Assembly: GCA_964483115.1 (NCBI GenBank)
Contig: CAYZZF010000005.1
Span: 1-43,406, forward strand
DNA: 43,406 bases
From: an uncultured Gammaproteobacteria bacterium
GTDB lineage: Bacteria > Patescibacteriota > Microgenomatia > Levybacterales > UBA12049
Direction: 5' to 3'
Positions 1 to 9,618 of this stretch are shown in pieces. Position numbers and translations under genes: made by a program. Position 1 is the stretch's first letter; each line of letters opens with the position of its first letter. The notes below the pieces were generated by a model that saw nothing but the letters and a program-made list of their open reading frames with translations, ran no database searches and was not told the origin of the DNA.

Positions 1-140
1 TTTTATTCCCATATTGGTCGGATAGAGAGGCATGCCCTAGAAATCAGTAGGCGGAGAACCATTTTGTACGGATCAATCATAGGTTTATGTTATACTAATA
101 GGCTAAACAAGTCAATGATTTTCTATGAGTATATCTTACT

Positions 141-1115
141 ATGCAAAAAAATAAAGTGTCTTTTATTACAACAGTTAGAAATGAAGAGAAGAGAATTGGT
201 TTACTTTTACAGTCATTGGCAAGTCAATCGGAAATACTTGATGAGATTATTATTGTTGATGGAGGAAGTAGCGACCAAACGGTTGCAAAACTCAAATCCC
301 AAATCCCAAATCTCAAAAAAAAATTAAAAAATTTAAAATTTAAAATTATTATTAAAAAAGGTAACCGTTCAATAGGTAGGAATGAGGCCATCAAAAATGC
401 AACAGGAAATGTTATTGTAATATCCGATGCAGGGTGCATTTTGGATAAAAATTGGGTAAAAAATATAGTCGAACCATTTAATGACTCAAAAGTTGAATCA
501 GATTCAATCGGAGTTGATGTTGTAGCCGGTTATTATAGGCCTATAATTAAAAATAATTTTCAAAAATGTTTGGCTACTTACACTTGTGTAATGCCAGATA
601 AAATTAATAGGAAGGAATTTTTACCATCATCACGCTCAATAGCTTTTAAAAAATCAGTATGGGAGAAAGTAAGAGGATATCCAGAGAATTTAGATACGTG
701 TGAAGATCTAATTTTTGATAAAAAACTGAAAGAAGCCGGGGCAATTTTTAAGTTTCAAAAGAACGCTATTGTATATTGGCCGCAAAGAGAAAATATTTTT
801 AGAGCATTTGAACAATTTTTTAATTATGCTAAAGGTGATGGTGAGGCTCATTACTTTCGTCTTCAGACCCCGTTCCTTTTTGCAAGATATTTTTTTGGTT
901 TAATCATCATAGTTCTTTATTTTATCCTAAAAATAAACCAGCTACTTTATTTATTATTTTTGCTTATTGTTATTTATATTATGTGGTCGATTTTAAAAAA
1001 CTACAAATACATTAAAAAATGGCAAGCATTTTTCATTTTACCTAGTTTACAAATTACTTCGGATATAGCAGTTTTGCTTGGTACAAGTTTTGGATTTATT
1101 AGAAGCTTATACTAA
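141..1115 (+). CDS. Family 2 glycosyltransferase with C-terminal TM helices
   Basis: N-terminal SFITTVRNEE, IIIVDGGSSDQT, GRNEAI, ISDAG (DxD-like) and CEDL motifs; hydrophobic C-terminus. Confidence 0.92.
   Translation: MQKNKVSFITTVRNEEKRIGLLLQSLASQSEILDEIIIVDGGSSDQTVAKLKSQIPNLKKKLKNLKFKIIIKKGNRSIGRNEAIKNATGNVIVISDAGCILDKNWVKNIVEPFNDSKVESDSIGVDVVAGYYRPIIKNNFQKCLATYTCVMPDKINRKEFLPSSRSIAFKKSVWEKVRGYPENLDTCEDLIFDKKLKEAGAIFKFQKNAIVYWPQRENIFRAFEQFFNYAKGDGEAHYFRLQTPFLFARYFFGLIIIVLYFILKINQLLYLLFLLIVIYIMWSILKNYKYIKKWQAFFILPSLQITSDIAVLLGTSFGFIRSLY
288..347 (+). repeat. 7-nt tandem microrepeats inside the GT2 gene
   Basis: ctcaaat-cccaaat-cccaaat-ctcaaaa, then an A9 run and atttaaa-atttaaa-att; encodes KLKSQIPNLKKKLKNLKFKI. 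Confidence 0.7.
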
Positions 1116-1431
1116 ACAATTTTTATCTTTTTTAAAAAGAGTGGCTAAAAATTAGCTTATTTTGATATTTACCCTTCTAACATCTATAATTCTCTATGAG
1201 AGTGGAAACATTTTATGATTATGAATTGGTAAAACTTTGTCGCAATAAGATTGAAATTAGGCCAATAGTTGGGGAAAACATTATTAAACAACCCTTTTTA
1301 AAAAATATATAAAGACAATCAAATTCCATACTTCGAATGCGGATTATGTAAATCAAAGTAGTTTGTATTTTGGCAATAATCCAGAGCTAACATACGAAGA
1401 AATAAATTTTTTAACAAAAACCTTTAAATAA
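1116..1431 (+). pseudogene. 3' remnant of a DegT/DnrJ/EryC1/StrS-family PLP enzyme (ColD/RfbH-like)
   Basis: Manual translation gives ELVKLCRNKIEIRPIVGENIIKQPF, then after a 1-nt frameshift near 1295-1305 KKYIKTIKFHTSNADYVNQSSLYFGNNPELTYEEINFLTKTFK* (TAA 1429-1431). Not in the ORF track; 5' boundary approximate. Confidence 0.8.
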
Positions 1432-1437
1432 ATTTAT

Positions 1438-2664
1438 ATGGGTTATACAAGGACTGTAATTAAAGGAGTTTCTTGGGTCGGCTCTTTGCGAATTTTAACA
1501 AGGGCTCTAACGCTAATTAGAACTGCCATACTGGCTAGAATTCTTAATCCTTTTGAGTTTGGGTTATTTGGAATCGCAAGTCTAATTACCGCATTATTAG
1601 AAACTATGACAGAGACCGGTGTCAATATAGTTCTCGTTCAAGAGAAGGAGAACATAGATAGCTATATAAGTTCGGCCTGGATTATATCAATCGCTAGAGG
1701 CATTAGTATAGCTACTCTTATGTTAATATTTGCTTCTATTATAGCTTCATTTTTTAAAGCACCAGCATCATTCAGTTTAATCATTTTTATGAGTGCCGTC
1801 CCTTTTATCCGGGGATTTATAAATCCCGCTATTGTTAAGTTTCAAAAAGAGCTTAAATTTAAGTGGGACTTTCTATACAATTTTTTATCCTTTCTTGTAC
1901 TCTCAATAGTTTCTATTGTCGCGTCCTATATTTTAAAAAGCGCAGCAGGTCTTATTTTAGGTCTTATTGCGTCCGCTCTAGTTGAGATCGCTGTCTCTTT
2001 TACTATCGTTTCACCAAGACCCCATCTTGTCTTTGATAAAAATTATCTAAAAACCATATTTCATAGAGGAAAATGGGTTACGATGGCAGGGATTTCTGAA
2101 TATTTGTTTCAAAACGTTGATAATATTGTAGTTGGGAGATTGCTCGGAGTTTCCCCTTTGGGTCTTTATCAGATGGGCTATAAAATATCCATTGTTCCGA
2201 TAAGCGAAGGCACAGATGTATTGGCAAAGGTAACATTTCCAATTTATGTAAAAATCTCCGATGATTTACCGAGACTTAAAAGAGCCTTCTACCGATCTAT
2301 GGCGATTCTAACTTTAATAACTGTACCTTTTGGACTGCTTCTTTTCATTTTTCCTAAAGAGATTGTTAGCATAGTATTGGGCGATAAGTGGATAGGAATA
2401 GTACCAATTATTAGAATACTTGCAATTTTTGGAGTCGTAAGAGCTTTATCTAATTTAACAGCATCGGCTTTTATGGCATTAAGTCAGCAAAAGATGGTTT
2501 CTTTTCTTGCTTTTTTAAGCTTTTTAATACTTGCAATAACCGTAATTCCGCTTGTCCTTATGCTTGGAATAGTGGGTGCCGCTTTATCAGCGCTTACAGT
2601 TTCTGTTATTGTATTTCCGGTATCACTATATTATCTTAACAAACTCTTAAAAGTTAAAAAATGA
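1438..2664 (+). CDS. Wzx-type (PST family) oligosaccharide flippase
   Basis: ILARILNPFEFGLF, DNIVVGRLLG-LGLYQMGY motifs; many TM segments; glycan locus context. Confidence 0.9.
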   Translation: MGYTRTVIKGVSWVGSLRILTRALTLIRTAILARILNPFEFGLFGIASLITALLETMTETGVNIVLVQEKENIDSYISSAWIISIARGISIATLMLIFASIIASFFKAPASFSLIIFMSAVPFIRGFINPAIVKFQKELKFKWDFLYNFLSFLVLSIVSIVASYILKSAAGLILGLIASALVEIAVSFTIVSPRPHLVFDKNYLKTIFHRGKWVTMAGISEYLFQNVDNIVVGRLLGVSPLGLYQMGYKISIVPISEGTDVLAKVTFPIYVKISDDLPRLKRAFYRSMAILTLITVPFGLLLFIFPKEIVSIVLGDKWIGIVPIIRILAIFGVVRALSNLTASAFMALSQQKMVSFLAFLSFLILAITVIPLVLMLGIVGAALSALTVSVIVFPVSLYYLNKLLKVKK

Positions 2665-3872
2665 GAATTGGGTTTATTATTCAAGAGCTTAAAAATGGTG
2701 GTGGTAGTTATCAACTCTTGCAGCTTGCGCAGGAATTAAAAAAGAGAAAGCACGATGTGTATATTTATACAACGAAAGACAGTATAAGTTCATTGCGCCC
2801 GGACTTAACTAAAAGGATTACTATTAGAACTTTACACCCCTCTATCAGGGTGAAAGATGAGAGTCACGGACAACTGATCGGAGTAATCCTTTATCTTTGG
2901 TATCAAATGAAGCTGATTACAGCCTTCATTGGTCTTGCAAAATCAGATTCACTTGATGTGATAAATCCTCATGAGTGGCCGATGCACTGGGCAGGCGTCT
3001 TTTTAAAACTTAGAAAAAGAATTCCCGTTGTTTGGATGTGTAACGATGTTTGGCATATAACAAATTCAGAAAATAGAATACTTTTTAAGATTGTGAACAA
3101 AACATTAATCCAATTTATGGACTTGTTTTTGACTTTTTTTGTTGATGAGATTTTGGTTTTAGATAAAAGAATGTTTTTTATAGTAAGTTCTTATTATCAT
3201 AAAAAACCTCTTGTTGTAAGAAGCGGAATAGATCTTGATAAGTTCCAAAACATGCCTACCAAAAAGACTTCAAGGAAAGAATTTAAGTTAGCGCAGAATT
3301 CGTTTATGTTTCTTTGTTTTTCGATTTTTTTCCCCCATAGAAGGTTTGAAGATGCCATCTTTGCATTCGAAAAAATTTTAAAAAATGTGCAAACAAAAAT
3401 TAATCCTAGTTTAGTTATTGTAGGATCAGACGCATATGACAAGAGCTATGTTGAAAAAATAAAAAATCTTGTTGTGGAAATGGGAATTCAAAACAACGTA
3501 TTTGTGAGAACTGGCTATTTTACAGAGAAAGAAAAGTTATGTCTAATATCTGCCTGTGACGTGTTTGTTTTTCCTAATGAAAAACAGACGTGGGGAATAG
3601 TAGTTACGGAAGCTATGGCAGCCGGCAAGCCATGTATTGTTTCAGATGAAGCAGGAATTCACGATATTATCAAAAATAAAGAAAACGGAATGATATTTAA
3701 AGTGCGCGACATAGATGACCTCTATAGAGACATGAAGGAGCTTTTTGAAGAAGAAAAACTTCGAAATAAGTTAGGTAAAAATGCCAGAAAATATGTATTT
3801 GAAAATCTTTCTTGGAAAAAATATGCAGAAAATATGTTAAATATATTTAATAAAGAGATTAAAAAAATATGA
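2661..3872 (+). CDS. Family 4 glycosyltransferase
   Basis: GGG N-terminal loop; CDVFVFPNEKQTWGIVVTEAMAAGKP; ATGA overlap with flippase. Confidence 0.92.
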   Translation: MRIGFIIQELKNGGGSYQLLQLAQELKKRKHDVYIYTTKDSISSLRPDLTKRITIRTLHPSIRVKDESHGQLIGVILYLWYQMKLITAFIGLAKSDSLDVINPHEWPMHWAGVFLKLRKRIPVVWMCNDVWHITNSENRILFKIVNKTLIQFMDLFLTFFVDEILVLDKRMFFIVSSYYHKKPLVVRSGIDLDKFQNMPTKKTSRKEFKLAQNSFMFLCFSIFFPHRRFEDAIFAFEKILKNVQTKINPSLVIVGSDAYDKSYVEKIKNLVVEMGIQNNVFVRTGYFTEKEKLCLISACDVFVFPNEKQTWGIVVTEAMAAGKPCIVSDEAGIHDIIKNKENGMIFKVRDIDDLYRDMKELFEEEKLRNKLGKNARKYVFENLSWKKYAENMLNIFNKEIKKI

Positions 3873-4954
3873 GAATAGCTTTTTTTCATGAACTTCTGTT
3901 TGGTGGAGCAAGAAGAGTTGTTGAAGAATACGCAAAGAGACTAGAAAAAAAACACGTTGTAGATTTATATTATGTCGACGAAAAAGAAGATAAAAACGTT
4001 TTGCAATACTTCAATAATGTATTTTATTACCAATTTTATTCAAATCGAGGAACAGGACTAAATCGATTCTATAAAGATACATTAGAGCTTTTTAGGCTTT
4101 ATTTGGTTCATCGAAACATCGCCTCGCTTATAAACGGAAAGAATTATGAATTTGTTCTCGTTTACCCCTCAAAATTTACACAGGCGCCATTTATTATTCA
4201 GTTTTTAAAAGCGAGAACAATCTACTTCTGCCAAGAACCTTTAAGAATTGTACATGACGGTTTTCTTTTAGAAGATGTTAAATATTTACCATTTGTCAAG
4301 AAGTATTATGAGAAAGCAAACCGGTTTGTTCGAAAACAAGTTGATAGGGCAAACATTAATGAAGCAGATGTAATTCTTGCCAATTCAAGATTTTCTCAAA
4401 ACTGGATCAAAAGAGCATACAAAAAAGATTCAAAAGTTTGCTACCTTGGCGTTGATGTTAAAAAATTTCGCCCAACTAGAAAAAAAAAGGCCTATGATCT
4501 ACTTTTTATTGGTCAAAAAGATAAAATTGAAGGTTATGACCTTTTGGAAGACACACTTAAGGTATTTTCAAAAAAACCAAAAGTAAAAATTATTCAAAGA
4601 AACGATAAAGGTCAAGGGATAGAAGACCTAGAATTAGTAGAAGAGTACAATAAGGCAAAAATTGTACTTTGTTTAAGTCGAAATGAGCCTTTCGGTTTAA
4701 TATCAATTGAGGCCCAAAGCTGCGGAGTACCAGTTGTTGCAGTTAATGAAGGGGGATTTTCAGAGTCTGTCATTGATGGCAAAACGGGATTTCTTGTAAA
4801 GCGCGACTCAAAAAATCTTTACGTCAGAATAAATGAGCTTCTTAACGACGAAAGTCTTCGTATAAAATTAGGGCATCAAGCACGTGAATATATTAAATCA
4901 AAATGGACGTGGGAGCAAAGTCTTCAAAGCCTGGAAAATATTATCTATAAATAA
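3869..4954 (+). CDS. Family 4 glycosyltransferase
   Basis: GGARR loop; EPFGLISIEAQSCGVPVV (Ex7E); DGKTGFLV. Confidence 0.92.
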   Translation: MRIAFFHELLFGGARRVVEEYAKRLEKKHVVDLYYVDEKEDKNVLQYFNNVFYYQFYSNRGTGLNRFYKDTLELFRLYLVHRNIASLINGKNYEFVLVYPSKFTQAPFIIQFLKARTIYFCQEPLRIVHDGFLLEDVKYLPFVKKYYEKANRFVRKQVDRANINEADVILANSRFSQNWIKRAYKKDSKVCYLGVDVKKFRPTRKKKAYDLLFIGQKDKIEGYDLLEDTLKVFSKKPKVKIIQRNDKGQGIEDLELVEEYNKAKIVLCLSRNEPFGLISIEAQSCGVPVVAVNEGGFSESVIDGKTGFLVKRDSKNLYVRINELLNDESLRIKLGHQAREYIKSKWTWEQSLQSLENIIYK

Positions 4955-4965
4955 AGCAATTTTAT

Positions 4966-7170
4966 ATGTCAAACAAAAAAGTGGATATTTCAATTATAGT
5001 TGTTAACTACAGATCATATGAGAAATTGTTAAATTGTTTGGCTTCTGTCAAAAATTCGCATCCAAAAATCTCATACGAGGTTATAGTAGTTGACAATGAT
5101 GAAAAAAAAACTATTGAGAAAGATCTTAAATTAAAGTTTAATTGGGTTTCCTACATAAAATCTTTGGGAAATATTGGTTTTGGGGCAGGAAATAATCTTG
5201 GAGCAGAATATGCAAAAGGTGAATATCTCTTTTTTTTGAACCCCGATACCATAGTCCTTCCAGAATCAATAGACCATTTGTATAAATTTATTGTGGAGGA
5301 TAAAAAAGTTGGGGTCGTTGCCCCTCTTCTTCTAGACACAAATAACAAACCATATCCTTTGCAAGGTACAGCGGATCTTACTCCAATCCGCGCAATTTTT
5401 GCCTTATCTTTTATAAATAAACTTTTTCTTAAAAATCCTATCTCAAGAAAATTTTGGCTTCTTGATTGGAATAGAAAACAAGCGAAAGAGTGTTATGTAG
5501 TTCCTGGCACGTCGTTTTTAATTTCAAGAAACATTTTTAAAAAAATCGGTGGTTTTGACGAAAAGTTCTTTCTTTATTTTGAAGAATTTGATTTATGCAA
5601 AAGAATCAAAAATTTAGGTCTTAAGAACTATATAATTCCTAATGCACGTGTTATTCATATCTGGGGGGCAAGTACCAGAAAACGGAAAGGTGTAAATGAT
5701 ATTTTTGTTAAAAGCAGATTATATTATTTTAAAAAATGGTATGGAATAATACCTGCTCTTATTGTCCATCTTGTCACATCTATTGGTAAATCACATATGC
5801 TTTTATCTGTAATTTTGATATTTAGTGTTTTTTTAAGAATCTACAATCTAGATAAACTTATGGTGTTTATTGGGGATCAAGGGTGGTTTTATTTATCCGC
5901 TAGAGATGCACTTCTAACAGGAAAAATTCCATTGGTTGGTATAACTGCAAGCCATACCTGGCTTCATCAAGGACCTTTCTGGACTTATATTTTAATTTTT
6001 ACATTTTGGATTTTTAATTTTAATCCTATATCTCCAGCATATTTTACAGCAATTTTAGGAACTTTATCAGTATGGCTAGTTTATAAAGTAGCAGGTGAAT
6101 TTTTTTCAAAAAGAATTGGCATTATTGCCGCAGCACTTTATGCAGCTTCTCCACTTGTTATTATTAATTCTCGTATGCCTTATCATACTGCGCCTATTCC
6201 GTTTTTTACGCTACTTTTTATGTACTCGGTTTATAAATGGGTGAAAGGAAATGTGAATTTTTTCCCTTTAACTTTATTTTTTTTAGGTGTTCTTTATAAC
6301 TTCGAACTTGCAACGACGATTTTATGGGCTGTTCTGATTGCTATTTTGATATACGGATTGAAAATGAAAAGGGACTGGGCAACCAAAGTTATTAACAAAA
6401 AAATAATATCGATGTCTGTTTTATTGTTATTGTTGCCTATGCTGCCAGTTATTATATACGACTTAACGCATGGATTTTTGCAAACAGCGGTTTTTGCATT
6501 TTGGATTTTTTACCAAGGTATTAAGTTCATCTCTAGTTTATTAAGTAACTCAGGGCAGGTGGGAGTTTTTGCTAATATGTTCTTGTTTTTCTCAACTTTT
6601 TACACACGTTTGATTTTTATAGGAAATGGAATTATTGCCGCAATTATATTTGTTATAAGCATAGGATATTTTTTAACAGATTTTTACAGAAAACTTAGGA
6701 TTAAGAAAATTAGCTTTCCATACGTGTTTATTCTTTTAATGCTAGCTGTTCCATTTATAGGATTTTTAATCAACAAAACTCCATCCGAGGCATATCTACC
6801 AATTTTATTTCCACCTGTTATTATTGTAACCTCTTTAGTTTTTGATAAAGCATTAAACTATAATAGAGTTCTATCTTTAGGCGCACTTTTATTAATCGTT
6901 TTTCTAAATTCTTATTTTCTTTTATCCGAAAATTTTTTTGCAAATCCTACCTTTAGCCAGAGAGCTGATGCGGTTAATAAAATAATAAAGCTTACCTCTG
7001 CTAAACAATATAACTTGCTAGGAAAGGGTATCGGAAGCAAATTTGAGAGTTTTACCATGAATTACGAATTTTTACTTTGGCTTAAAAAGCATCCGCCCAT
7101 CCAAACACCAAGTCAATTTAAGGTTTTTGTAGAAGAGACACCAAAAGGTATTACAATAAGTGAGAGATGA
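4966..7170 (+). CDS. Fusion of GT2 domain and GT-C (PMT_2/ArnT-like) membrane glycosyltransferase
   Basis: aa 1-270: SIIVVNY, NIGFGAGNN, FLNPD, GGFDEKFFLYFEEFDLC; then LRIYNL-FIGDQG-HQGPFWTY and multiple TM helices. Confidence 0.85.
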   Translation: MSNKKVDISIIVVNYRSYEKLLNCLASVKNSHPKISYEVIVVDNDEKKTIEKDLKLKFNWVSYIKSLGNIGFGAGNNLGAEYAKGEYLFFLNPDTIVLPESIDHLYKFIVEDKKVGVVAPLLLDTNNKPYPLQGTADLTPIRAIFALSFINKLFLKNPISRKFWLLDWNRKQAKECYVVPGTSFLISRNIFKKIGGFDEKFFLYFEEFDLCKRIKNLGLKNYIIPNARVIHIWGASTRKRKGVNDIFVKSRLYYFKKWYGIIPALIVHLVTSIGKSHMLLSVILIFSVFLRIYNLDKLMVFIGDQGWFYLSARDALLTGKIPLVGITASHTWLHQGPFWTYILIFTFWIFNFNPISPAYFTAILGTLSVWLVYKVAGEFFSKRIGIIAAALYAASPLVIINSRMPYHTAPIPFFTLLFMYSVYKWVKGNVNFFPLTLFFLGVLYNFELATTILWAVLIAILIYGLKMKRDWATKVINKKIISMSVLLLLLPMLPVIIYDLTHGFLQTAVFAFWIFYQGIKFISSLLSNSGQVGVFANMFLFFSTFYTRLIFIGNGIIAAIIFVISIGYFLTDFYRKLRIKKISFPYVFILLMLAVPFIGFLINKTPSEAYLPILFPPVIIVTSLVFDKALNYNRVLSLGALLLIVFLNSYFLLSENFFANPTFSQRADAVNKIIKLTSAKQYNLLGKGIGSKFESFTMNYEFLLWLKKHPPIQTPSQFKVFVEETPKGITISER

Positions 7171-7925
7171 TAAGTGTAGTAGTGCTCAGCAAAAATGAAG
7201 AGGAAAATATTAGTGATTGTTTAGAAACAGTTTCATGGTGTGATGAGCTAATTATTATAGATGATAATTCAGAAGATAGAACATTGGAAGTAGCACAAAA
7301 CATTAATCCCAAACTAAAAATTTATAAAAGAAGCTTAGATGGGGATTTTTCCGCTCAAAGAAACTTTGGTTTATCAAAAGCAAAAGGTGATTGGATATTT
7401 TTTGTCGATGCAGACGAGAGAGTATCTGTCAATTTAAAAAATGAAATAGTTTATTTAATTTCAACCCACGATCGTGCGATAAAATTAAATGGGTATTTTA
7501 TAAAAAGGAGGGACATTATGTGGAGTAAAGAATTGAAACATGGAGAGACTGGTAATATTAAACTTTTAAGACTTGCGAGGAAAGGAGTTGGAGGATGGCA
7601 GGGGAAAGTACATGAAGAATGGAAAATTCGAGGCGAAACTGGGAATTTAGAAAATCCAATTTATCATTACCCACATCAGACAATTTCTGAATTTTTAAAA
7701 GAAATAAACCTTTATACAGACATTCGTAGTAAAGAGTTATTTAAAACAGGTATAAATGTATACTGGTCATCGATAATTTTGTATCCTTTGGCAAAATTCG
7801 GTCTAAATTATTTTTTAAGACAGGGTTTTCAGGATTTTTTGCCTGGATTAATCTTTGCGACATTGATGAGTTTTCATTCATTCTTAGTCCGGGGAAAGTT
7901 GTGGCTTTTATGGAGAAAAAAATAA
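7167..7925 (+). CDS. Family 2 glycosyltransferase (KdtX/LgtF-like)
   Basis: SKNEEENI, FSAQRNFGL, WIFFVDADE, GKVHE motifs. Confidence 0.9.
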   Translation: MISVVVLSKNEEENISDCLETVSWCDELIIIDDNSEDRTLEVAQNINPKLKIYKRSLDGDFSAQRNFGLSKAKGDWIFFVDADERVSVNLKNEIVYLISTHDRAIKLNGYFIKRRDIMWSKELKHGETGNIKLLRLARKGVGGWQGKVHEEWKIRGETGNLENPIYHYPHQTISEFLKEINLYTDIRSKELFKTGINVYWSSIILYPLAKFGLNYFLRQGFQDFLPGLIFATLMSFHSFLVRGKLWLLWRKK

Positions 7926-8001
7926 TAAATATATTATTTGTCATATGGACTATTTTTGTTCTTTTTGAGTATTTAGTCTACCTTTTTTGTAGAGGAAGTA
8001 T

Positions 8002-9618
8002 ATGTTTACGCTCGCTATTTTAATAGGAATTTATTCTTACATAATCTTTGCGTTAGGGTTATTGGTTTTTCTTTATAAACTAAACATATTGTTTGTGAGT
8101 TTATTTTTTTTTACTCTCATATTAATTTGGAAAAGACAAGAACTCCTAAATCTTTATAAATATTTCAAAACACTTAAAAGTAATCATTTCAATCTTTTGG
8201 TAAGTTTTTTTATTCTCCTTTTGATTGTTCAAATATTTGTTAATTTCATTGGCGCATTAGGACCTGAGCTTGGATTTGATGCTCTTTGGTATCACCTTAC
8301 TCTCCCGAAGATATATCTTAATAATCATGCCGTAATCCATATTCCAGGGGGATTACTGTATTATTCAGATATGCCGAAGTTGGCGGAAATGCTATATACC
8401 GCAGCTCTTTCATTTGGGAACGAGATCTGGGCAAAACTTATACACTTCGGATTTGGAATTTTATCATCAGTTGCCCTTTATAAATTATCAAGAAAATTTT
8501 TAAATAGAAGCCTTTCTTTAATTGTTGTTTTAATTTTTTACTCAAACTTGGTTGTCAGCTGGCTGTCAATTACCGCTTATGTTGATTTAGCAAGGACATT
8601 TTTTGAAGTCATGGCCCTTTGGGGATTTATTAACTTTGCCGAACTTAGAAATAGAACTTGGTTGATTGAATCTAGTGTAATGTTGGGTTTGGCGATAACA
8701 ACCAAATTATTATCATTCAGTTCGCTTTTTATATTTACATTTCTTTTAATTTACATATATTTATCGAAAAAAAATAAATCTTTGAAAGATTTAATCACCA
8801 ATGTACTAGTATATTGGTATTTTGCTTTGATTATTCCATTGCCTTGGTTTGTTTTTTCATATAATCATACAGGCAACCCTATTTATCCCTTTTTTTCCAA
8901 TATTTATAAAGTAAGCTTTGACGCAAATCTTTTAAATCCAATACGTTTAATAACAGACCTCTGGAGTGTTTTTATTCATTCACCTGATCCAATTTCTCCT
9001 TTATATTTAATTTTTTTACCGCTGATAATTATCAACTTTAAAAAATTCCCAAATCCTTTAAAAGTGGTAGGGATTTATTCATTTATTGCTCTAATCGTTT
9101 GGTATTTTATTCCCAGAACAGGAGGTGGGAGATTTATCGTTCCTTACCTTCCTGCATTTTCAATCCTTGTTGGTTTTGCTATCGACAGTCTTAAAAATAA
9201 AAAACTTCTTTTTAAATATTCTATGTTCCTTGTAATTCTTGTTTCATTAGTTACAGTTATCTATAGAGGATTTGCGAACTTTAAATATGCACCTGTTATT
9301 TTAGGGAAAGAATCTAAGGATCAGTTTCTCTCAAAGAATCTTAATTTTTCTTTTGGAGATTTTTATGATAGTGACGGGTATTTCAAAAAAAATATTAAAA
9401 GCTTTGATAAAGTTCTTTTGTACGGTTTTCATAATCTTTATTATATTGATTTTCCTTTTTTGGATTCTTCATGGGTCAAAAAAGGAGATACATTTAATTA
9501 TATTGCTACGCAAAATACAACATTACCCTCGAGATTTTCTTATTGGTCTCTTATTTACAGCAACCCAATAACTCGTGTAAATGTTTATTCGTCAGGAGGG
9601 TTTAAATGGGTTTATTAG
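8002..9618 (+). CDS. GT-C-fold (PMT/ArnT-like) membrane glycosyltransferase
   Basis: FDALWYHL loop, AYVDL, GLAITTK, TGNPIYPF, RFIVP; polytopic. Confidence 0.75.
   Translation: MFTLAILIGIYSYIIFALGLLVFLYKLNILFVSLFFFTLILIWKRQELLNLYKYFKTLKSNHFNLLVSFFILLLIVQIFVNFIGALGPELGFDALWYHLTLPKIYLNNHAVIHIPGGLLYYSDMPKLAEMLYTAALSFGNEIWAKLIHFGFGILSSVALYKLSRKFLNRSLSLIVVLIFYSNLVVSWLSITAYVDLARTFFEVMALWGFINFAELRNRTWLIESSVMLGLAITTKLLSFSSLFIFTFLLIYIYLSKKNKSLKDLITNVLVYWYFALIIPLPWFVFSYNHTGNPIYPFFSNIYKVSFDANLLNPIRLITDLWSVFIHSPDPISPLYLIFLPLIIINFKKFPNPLKVVGIYSFIALIVWYFIPRTGGGRFIVPYLPAFSILVGFAIDSLKNKKLLFKYSMFLVILVSLVTVIYRGFANFKYAPVILGKESKDQFLSKNLNFSFGDFYDSDGYFKKNIKSFDKVLLYGFHNLYYIDFPFLDSSWVKKGDTFNYIATQNTTLPSRFSYWSLIYSNPITRVNVYSSGGFKWVY

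Noticed and set aside
1-115. Minus-strand TTGACT-17-TAACAT followed by a 25-codon ORF (ATG at 80)
   Set aside because: The promoter is plausible but the peptide is unrecognisable, and the window edge prevents assessment.
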